From: Candidatus Moraniibacteriota bacterium
GTDB lineage: Bacteria; Patescibacteriota; Minisyncoccia; Moranbacterales; UBA1568
Length of the DNA stretch: 64,000 nt
Assembly (NCBI GenBank): GCA_963743885.1
Contig: CAVURJ010000002.1
Span: 241,706-305,705 of the forward strand
Direction of reading: 5' to 3'
This document shows positions 58,235 to 64,000 of the stretch, in pieces. Made by a program: the position numbers and the translations under genes. Below the pieces are notes generated by a model that was not told the origin of the DNA, did no database searches, and saw only the letters and a list, made by a program, of their open reading frames with translations. How positions within the stretch are numbered: position 1 is the first letter of the stretch; every line of letters starts with the position of its first letter.

Positions 58235-58798
58235 ATGTATCATCCTATTCAACCACCAGAAGGAAGTATTGAATGGATGAAGGAGATGGTAAAGAAGAAT
58301 GAGGGGCGTGAGTTGACTGACCAAGAGGCTCACGAAGCGGCTTACAACTATCTCAACTTCTTCAATATGCTTATCTACCTGGATAAGAAGCAACACCCTA
58401 TGAAAAAACTTTACCTTGATATTGACGGGGTGCTTCTTACCAAACAGGGGGTTCCCGCCTCGCATATTGTAGAATTTCTTCAATTTGCTACGAGCCATTT
58501 TGATTGCTACTGGCTCACGACCCATTGCGATGGAGACGCAACCACCGCATTCTTGTATCTGGTAGGAAAACTTCCACCTGAAGCCGTTCCATATTTTGAA
58601 AAGATAAAGCCTACCAAATGGAAGCTCTGGAAGCCCGAGGGGATAGATTTTTCAAGCGATTTCTTCTGGCTCGATGATTACGCCTTTGATGGGGACAAGA
58701 AAGTTTTGGAAGAGCATAAGGCGTTAGAGAAGCTAATCACCGTAGACCTCAATAATAATCCAAATCAGCTACGAGACTTGGTAAATATCTTGAAATGA
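58235..58798 (+). CDS. HAD-superfamily protein with N-terminal small helical module
   Basis: LYLDIDGVL (DxD), WLTT, K, FWLDD from internal ATG 58400; N-terminal GRELTDQEA module. Confidence 0.7.
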   Translation: MYHPIQPPEGSIEWMKEMVKKNEGRELTDQEAHEAAYNYLNFFNMLIYLDKKQHPMKKLYLDIDGVLLTKQGVPASHIVEFLQFATSHFDCYWLTTHCDGDATTAFLYLVGKLPPEAVPYFEKIKPTKWKLWKPEGIDFSSDFFWLDDYAFDGDKKVLEEHKALEKLITVDLNNNPNQLRDLVNILK

Positions 58799-59793
58799 AC
58801 AAGGAGAAAAAACCGACCAAGGGAAATCACTTTCTGCCTATTACTTACTTGAGGCATTTTCTTCACGATGACAAATTGGTGATGTATAAAAAGGGAGAAA
58901 AATTCTTTACAGGGGCAAGTAAGCCCGCCGATAGAATAGTTGTTGTTTCTGGAGAGGGTGGCTTGAAGGCAATTGCCAAGCAGAACAACTTGTATACTCT
59001 CAAGGGTGTTGAAGGCGTTGAGAGTGATTTTATGGAGAAGTTTTTCGTTGATTTGATTGAAGGGGAGCTGAATTACCTTATTGAGGAAATAGATAAACTT
59101 CCATTTGGGTCTCCTATCGTAGACGAGCTAAAACAAAAAGTTTGCATCCTAATGGCTTCTATGGTGGTGAGGGTGCCTGGAGCCAAGCAAGAAACAGAGG
59201 AGCTATATACGGAATTTTTCAAAATGCACTTCCAACACGCACCAATGTCCGAAGAAGAAAAAGTCGCTATAAAGGAACAAGTGAAGAAAGAAGAGGGGAG
59301 AGAAATAAACGATAAGGATTTTGAGGATGCTATTCAAGCTTTCGCTGATGGAAAGCTCAAATTGAGTGTATCAAGCAATCATTTTGTAAAAGACATTCTT
59401 TCCAGAATTGACGATTTTGCTAACATCTTCTACGGAATGAAAATGTGCATTCTTAGGGGGGATGGAACAAATTTCTTTATTACATCAGATAATCCAGTTG
59501 CATACTTTGTGCCAAAAGATAAAGCTGATTATCACCTCAACGCCGCACGAAGTCTGATGAGTAAATATACGGAGGTCAATTTTCCGCTTACAAAAGACTA
59601 TTGTGTTGTTATGACGAGGATGGACGATATGCACGAGATGATGCTACCTACCACCCAAGAGATATTCGATAGGCTGGAAAACACCCTATCCTGCTTCTCC
59701 AAAGACTATATCTTTTCGCCTGTTCAAAAACCGATTTTGGATGATTTTGCCAATGAGTATATCCCATATCCTTTCAAGCTGGTAAGAAGATAG
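58795..59793 (+). CDS. DUF4238 domain protein
   Basis: N-terminal HFLP..YLRHF, NLY, RVP, FITSDNPV, FPLT. Confidence 0.8.
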   Translation: MNKEKKPTKGNHFLPITYLRHFLHDDKLVMYKKGEKFFTGASKPADRIVVVSGEGGLKAIAKQNNLYTLKGVEGVESDFMEKFFVDLIEGELNYLIEEIDKLPFGSPIVDELKQKVCILMASMVVRVPGAKQETEELYTEFFKMHFQHAPMSEEEKVAIKEQVKKEEGREINDKDFEDAIQAFADGKLKLSVSSNHFVKDILSRIDDFANIFYGMKMCILRGDGTNFFITSDNPVAYFVPKDKADYHLNAARSLMSKYTEVNFPLTKDYCVVMTRMDDMHEMMLPTTQEIFDRLENTLSCFSKDYIFSPVQKPILDDFANEYIPYPFKLVRR

Positions 59794-59795
59794 CT

Positions 59796-59996
59796 ATGAT
59801 TTCCAATGAACATATTCAGGAGTTCAAAAGGCTCTACAAAAACCGCTTTGGGAAGGAGCTTACTGATGTCGAAGCCCGAGAGAAAGGTTCAGCTTTGGTG
59901 CGTTTTCTGAAAATCATCTACAAGCCAATGACGAAAGAGGAGTTTGATGAACTGGCGAAAAGGAACCCGTCTATACCGCTTGAGCCTGCTCAATAG
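59796..59996 (+). CDS. Small island-associated protein
   Basis: IQEFKRLYK.RFGKELTDVEAREKG..LVRFLKIIYKP. Confidence 0.7.
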   Translation: MISNEHIQEFKRLYKNRFGKELTDVEAREKGSALVRFLKIIYKPMTKEEFDELAKRNPSIPLEPAQ

Positions 59997-60066
59997 CCAT
60001 CCCAAGTGATTGCCACTCCTGCAATTCTCGGGTAAGATAGTTCCAATTGAGTAGGAGGTAGTCCAC
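59971..60066 (-). other. Displaced C-terminal fragment of the serine recombinase (attR side)
   Basis: Open from GTGGAC: VDYLLLNWNYLTRELQEWQSLGMAIEQAQAV*, in register with the recombinase ...SDLVD. Confidence 0.6.
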
Positions 60067-60067
60067 A

Positions 60068-60145
60068 CTTCGACTCGCTTCGCTCGCTCAGTGTAAACAC
60101 GAAATACTGAGAAGCGAGGTGAAGTACCCTGAGCCTGTCGAAGGG
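60068..60145. repeat. REP-like inverted pair upstream of GIY-YIG gene
   Basis: cttcgac...gctcag (60068-91) and ctgagcctgtcgaag (60129-43). Confidence 0.65.
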
Positions 60146-60160
60146 CATCATAGCTCCTGT

Positions 60161-60415
60161 ATGGCTTGGTACACATATATTGCGAAAGCGAGAACCGGCC
60201 GGTACTATACCGGTATTACGAATGATCCTTGTAAAAGAATTGAGAAACACAATTCTGGAAAAGGTTCTCTCATGGCGGTTCAACAGGGGCCATTTGATCT
60301 CGTGTATGTTTCGAATGAATTTCCAGGAAAATCAGAAGCTAGAAAACGGGAAGAACAGATTAAGGGCTGGAGCAGAGAAAAGAAAGAGAAGTTGATTTTT
60401 GGTGAATGGGTATAG
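60161..60415 (+). CDS. Small GIY-YIG nuclease
   Basis: YTYI......YYTGITN...RI..HN.G, LVY..EF...SEARKRE.QIKGWSR.KK. Confidence 0.9.
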   Translation: MAWYTYIAKARTGRYYTGITNDPCKRIEKHNSGKGSLMAVQQGPFDLVYVSNEFPGKSEARKREEQIKGWSREKKEKLIFGEWV

Positions 60416-60439
60416 TCGTTAATAACGAGCAGTGAGATA

Positions 60440-60454
60440 TCTCCCCAGGTCCAC
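60440..60454 (+). repeat. 15-bp duplication of the tRNA-Ala 3' end (outer att)
   Basis: tctccccaggtccac, identical to 46364-46378; followed by a terminator hairpin at 60466-60501. Confidence 0.85.
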
Positions 60455-60600
60455 ACTAAAACCAGACTCCTCGCACTTCCCGTGTCGAGGAGTTTGTTTT
60501 TCCGGCTGATGATTGACGTGCAGCTGTTCTGGGGCTAAGATTCGGTCAGATATCTCTCGGAGATATCTTGGTGGGTTTGTGAACACTAAAACATATTTTT

Positions 60601-61146
60601 ATGAGCGCAGAGCAACGCCCGCAGACTCTTGACGAGTGTGCCGAGGAGCGGGAGAAGTTTGAGATGTTGACTGAGGCATCTCCGGATTGCATAAAGCTGT
60701 TTGATCTCGAGAATAAGCTCCTCTTCATGTCGAAGGGCGGTCTGGAAGAACACAGCTTCAAGACGATGGGGGAGGCAATCGGTTTTGATTGGACCGAGAC
60801 AGTCGTGCCGGAGCAGCGGGAAGAGATACGTCAGAAGATCAAGGAGAGCATCGAAGAGAGGAAGATCGTTTCTCTTGATGTGAAGCATCTGCCGGAATTC
60901 GCTAATCGTGAATGGTGCCATCTGCTCATATGCCCTGTATTCGATGATGCCGGGAAGGTGAAGTATTTCGTCGGTATTTCTCGCGATATTTCCGATCGCA
61001 AGCATTCCGAGGAACAGATGAAGCGATATATCGAGGAACTCGAGCTTTTCAATAAGGTGACTGTTGGGCGTGAGCTGAAGATGGCCGAATTGAAGAAAGA
61101 GAATGAGGAGCTCAAGAAAGATACGGGTGGAAAGGCTGAAGGATGA
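60601..61146 (+). CDS. Stand-alone PAS domain protein with coiled coil
   Basis: EASPDCI..FD, C-terminal GISRDISDRK, GRELKMAELK; no kinase domain. Confidence 0.8.
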   Translation: MSAEQRPQTLDECAEEREKFEMLTEASPDCIKLFDLENKLLFMSKGGLEEHSFKTMGEAIGFDWTETVVPEQREEIRQKIKESIEERKIVSLDVKHLPEFANREWCHLLICPVFDDAGKVKYFVGISRDISDRKHSEEQMKRYIEELELFNKVTVGRELKMAELKKENEELKKDTGGKAEG

Positions 61147-62369
61147 ATTTTTCCGATCTCAAGAATTATGAGTATACCCTCCCGCCGGAATTGATCCGGA
61201 AGGAGGGGGTGGAGCCGCGAGACAGCGCGCGCCTGTTTGTTTATGACACGCGGACGGATACCGTGACATTTGATACGTTCGCTCATATAGCACAGTATCT
61301 GCCGGAGCGATCGCTTCTGACGCTCAACGATACCAAAGTACTGCCGGCGCGGCTCTGGCTCAAGAAGGAGACCGGCGGCAAGATCGAAGTCTTCGTGTTG
61401 GCTAATGAGATTAGTCAGTCACCACCTCCCCTTTCCAAGGGGAGGGTAGGGAGGGGTGAGAGTGAGAGTATCAAGAACCCCTCAGTCTCGCAGACTCGAC
61501 AGCTCCCCTTGGAAAGGGGGGCGAGAGAGATAGTTCCGGCTTTGGTCGATCGGAAGACCGAGGTCGGGCAGAAGCTCATCTTCCCGACGGGGGAATATTT
61601 CGAAGTGGTTGGACAAGAAGAGAATGTCTTCTTCCTCGAGCTGTTCACGTACGCGGACCGTACGCTTCCGCTTCTGCTTGATCTCTTTGGCGAGACACCG
61701 CTCCCGCACTATCTTGAAGGAGCAGAGACGCCAGAGGATACCTTGCGCAAGCGGTATCAGACGGTCTTCGCAGCCGCTGGGGCATCGGTCGCGGCGCCGA
61801 CGGCCTCGCTTCACTTCACTGAGGCCGTGTTTGAGTCTCTGGATGAGAAGGGGATTGAGACGGCGCGGCTCACGCTCAATGTGGGCCTCGGGACCTTCGC
61901 TCCGCTCCGTGAGGAGAGCTTCGTGACGGGTAGGCTCCATGCAGAATACGTCTCGGTCTCGGAAGAGACGGCTGAGCGGATCAATGCGGCAAAGAGCGAG
62001 GAGAGAGGTATCGTCGCGGTCGGCACGACGGTGGCTCGGACGCTCGAGTCGGTCGCATCAAAGTCTTACAACTTAAGCAATTGCTCAAATTGTAAGACTG
62101 ATGGTGGCAAGGATGACGGAGCAGAGATGCTAGGAAAAATGATGGCCTATGCTGGCAAGACGGATATCTTCATCTACCCACCGTATAAGTTCCAGGTAGT
62201 CGATCATCTCATTACGAATTTTCATTTGCCAGAGACGTCGCTCATGCTTCTGGTGGATGCCTTCCTCGCGCACAAGGGTGCCAAGCGCCGCATCATGGAC
62301 CTCTACTCTATCGCCATCAAGGAGCAGTTCGCCTTCTATTCTTTCGGTGATAGCATGCTGATTTTGTAG
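61143..62369 (+). CDS. queA: SAM:tRNA ribosyltransferase-isomerase QueA
   Basis: Y.LPPELI, NDTKV.PAR, PLPHY, YQTVFA, SVAAPTASLHFT, AVGTT..RTLES, TNFHLP, FYSFGDSM. Confidence 0.95.
   Translation: MNFSDLKNYEYTLPPELIRKEGVEPRDSARLFVYDTRTDTVTFDTFAHIAQYLPERSLLTLNDTKVLPARLWLKKETGGKIEVFVLANEISQSPPPLSKGRVGRGESESIKNPSVSQTRQLPLERGAREIVPALVDRKTEVGQKLIFPTGEYFEVVGQEENVFFLELFTYADRTLPLLLDLFGETPLPHYLEGAETPEDTLRKRYQTVFAAAGASVAAPTASLHFTEAVFESLDEKGIETARLTLNVGLGTFAPLREESFVTGRLHAEYVSVSEETAERINAAKSEERGIVAVGTTVARTLESVASKSYNLSNCSNCKTDGGKDDGAEMLGKMMAYAGKTDIFIYPPYKFQVVDHLITNFHLPETSLMLLVDAFLAHKGAKRRIMDLYSIAIKEQFAFYSFGDSMLIL
61425..61521 (+). repeat. Paired palindromic mini-elements inserted in frame in queA
   Basis: cctcccctt-tcc-aaggggagg, then a copy of the rarA insert. 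Confidence 0.8.
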
Positions 62370-62453
62370 GGTTGACAAAAATATTGTTTTATGACATCAT
62401 GACCAATCAGTTCTTTTTCACAATGTTGTTCCCAGACAAAGGAGGAAGCAAAG

Positions 62454-63056
62454 ATGGTAAGCCCTTCCAGAAAACACCAGGCTGTTACTGCTGATCCGGA
62501 AAAGTGGTTGGTGTTCCAGAAAAGCCTGTTTGATTTGCTCAAGCGGGCCGATGCTACCGTGACCGATACGGGTGATCTCGTGTTGGGTTCGGCGCTTGCC
62601 GATATGCTTTCAGATCAAGAATCCGCTCGAGTGTTCGTCAATCCGCTTGTCGATATCTACAAGGCATACGATCGCAAGGTCGATACCGTCATCGGTTTCG
62701 GCGAATCCGGTACTGTTTTCGCACAGCTGGTCGCTCAAGAGTTCAGGGACTTCTACAAAGGGAGGCACCAAGTGACTCCTCTTGTGTTCAAGAGTATCGA
62801 TCTCAAGAAGCGTAAGGCAGAATTTGTGGGTGGCAGTTGCAATTTTCTTCGTAATCGCCGCACGCTCTTCGTGACCCCGGTGCTCAATCCGTCGATGTGG
62901 CCGCTTTTCCAGATCGGCGCTACGGCCGTCAAAGATGGCCATAACATTGGTAGCGTATTCGGTATTGCGACGATCATCCAGTATGGTCGGCGTCCGCCGG
63001 GCATCCTGATCGGATGCGAGGTCGAATCGCTCATGGATATGCAGTTTCCGATGTGA
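62454..63056 (+). CDS. Hypothetical protein, possibly a degenerate phosphoribosyltransferase fold (ORFan cassette)
   Basis: AAGGAGG SD; VDTVIGFGESG..FA..VA resembles a type I PRTase but the DD motif is missing; terminator at 63067-63102. Confidence 0.5.
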   Translation: MVSPSRKHQAVTADPEKWLVFQKSLFDLLKRADATVTDTGDLVLGSALADMLSDQESARVFVNPLVDIYKAYDRKVDTVIGFGESGTVFAQLVAQEFRDFYKGRHQVTPLVFKSIDLKKRKAEFVGGSCNFLRNRRTLFVTPVLNPSMWPLFQIGATAVKDGHNIGSVFGIATIIQYGRRPPGILIGCEVESLMDMQFPM

Positions 63057-63333
63057 CAAGACAGTGTTCCCGTACCAGTATCATTGGTACGGGGATTTTT
63101 TTATGAAAAAAAGTTGACCCCCACGAGGAACGTGTCCAAGTGAGGGTCGGTTGCGCCTGTCGCGTTGACAGACTGGTTGGAGCGAGATGCTCAGGGGCGG
63201 CGTGCAGGGCGATCGGAGGCCGTTGCTTATTTAGGATAGCAACTATGCCGGTAAACTGTCAAATTCGCTAGTATTCTTGCCAAGAGGGGCTTCCTGGGCT
63301 ATACTGGGACGGTAAATCAGTGATGATGGATGT

Positions 63334-63774
63334 ATGAAGGTTATCCTTTTGGAAAGCGTCGGCGGCCTGGGAAAGGCGGGCGATATCAAGGAAGTGAAGA
63401 ACGGATACGGGCTGAACTATCTCCTCCCTGAGGGGCTGGCAGAGCTCGCGACGCCGCAGATGATCAAGCAGGCTGAGCGGTTCATCGCGAAGCGCGCGGC
63501 CGAGCTCGAGAAGGTGTCGGCAGAGCTCCGGACGATGGCGCAGGGCGTCGAGGGACGTCAGGTGAAGATCAAGACCAAGGCCGAGAACGGCAAGTTGTTC
63601 GGATCGGTCGGGCGCGAGGAGATCGCAGCTGCTTTGACCGCAGTCGGCGCATCTGTAGAAGCGAAGATGGTCGTCATCGAGAAGCCAATCAAGGAAGTCG
63701 GGACCTTTCCGGTCACGGTGGATTTTGGTCATGGAGTGAAAGCGTCTTGCGAAGCGGTCATCGAGGCTGAGTAG
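63334..63774 (+). CDS. rplI: 50S ribosomal protein L9
   Basis: MKVIL..V.GLGKAGDIKEVKNGYG.NYLLP.GLA, GKLFGSV. Confidence 0.96.
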   Translation: MKVILLESVGGLGKAGDIKEVKNGYGLNYLLPEGLAELATPQMIKQAERFIAKRAAELEKVSAELRTMAQGVEGRQVKIKTKAENGKLFGSVGREEIAAALTAVGASVEAKMVVIEKPIKEVGTFPVTVDFGHGVKASCEAVIEAE

Positions 63775-63876
63775 CCGGACCATCCAAAGCACATTGACAG
63801 AGAGCCGCTTCACTACTGATGGCGGCTCTTTCTCTGTAAAAATATTTTTTACGTAATAAACATAGAGACATTCGGT

Positions 63877-64000
63877 ATGGCCAAGACCAAATACATATTT
63901 GTGGTAGGAGGCGTGATGAGCGGGGTCGGCAAAGGCATCACGACATCGTCGATCGGCAAGATCCTGCAGGCCAAGGGCTTCCGGGTGACGGCGCTCAAGA
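63877..64000 (+). CDS. pyrG: CTP synthase (5' partial)
   Basis: [27 protein letters not shown]; runs off the window. Confidence 0.93.
   Translation, partial: MAKTKYIFVVGGVMSGVGKGITTSSIGKILQAKGFRVTALK

Larger units (their letters stand above)
46373..60066. mobile_element. Integrative element/genomic island at tRNA-Ala
   Basis: Starts at the tRNA 3' end; serine and tyrosine recombinases; AT-richer composition; GTCCAC core at 46373-78 and 60061-66; alternative outer boundary at 60454. Confidence 0.85.

Noticed and set aside
46373-60454. Prophage interpretation of the island
   Set aside because: No terminase, capsid, tail or lysis genes are recognisable.
46235-63148. 12-bp inverted match ccctcacttgga between 46235 and ~63138-63149, and cacttgg/ccaagtg with 60002
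   Set aside because: Too short to exceed chance in 64 kb, with no supporting boundary evidence.

Overview
Bacterial chromosomal window, most likely from a Patescibacteria/Parcubacteria (CPR) genome. This is inferred from gene content, SD-less core genes, DUF4012/DUF5659 proteins and the repeat style. The backbone carries rarA, pepA, a split dcw cluster (mraZ-rsmH-ftsL-ftsI-murF ... ftsW-murG-murC-murB), khpA, a dTDP-rhamnose/surface-glycan locus (rmlCBD, rmlA, galU, two GT4, two DUF4012, murJ, Wzz-like), glyA, an ADP-forming acyl-CoA ligase, trmD, hpf, secA, a nucleotide house-cleaning cluster, an L,D-transpeptidase, queA, rplI and the start of pyrG. A ~13.7 kb AT-richer island is integrated at tRNA-Ala(CGC) (46307-46380). 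It encodes a large serine recombinase whose C-terminus appears split by the att site, a tyrosine recombinase, and a co-directional Type III RM + UvrD helicase + HAD + DUF4238 candidate defence operon. A GIY-YIG/REP mini-cassette follows it. The window also holds many non-coding mobile structures: palindromic mini-elements inserted in frame in rsmH, secA, rarA and queA; duplicated nested-hairpin elements; 7-9 nt periodic arrays in front of core genes; and self-contained ORFan cassettes, which unlike core genes carry Shine-Dalgarno sites. All calls were made by eye from sequence motifs, with no database searches.
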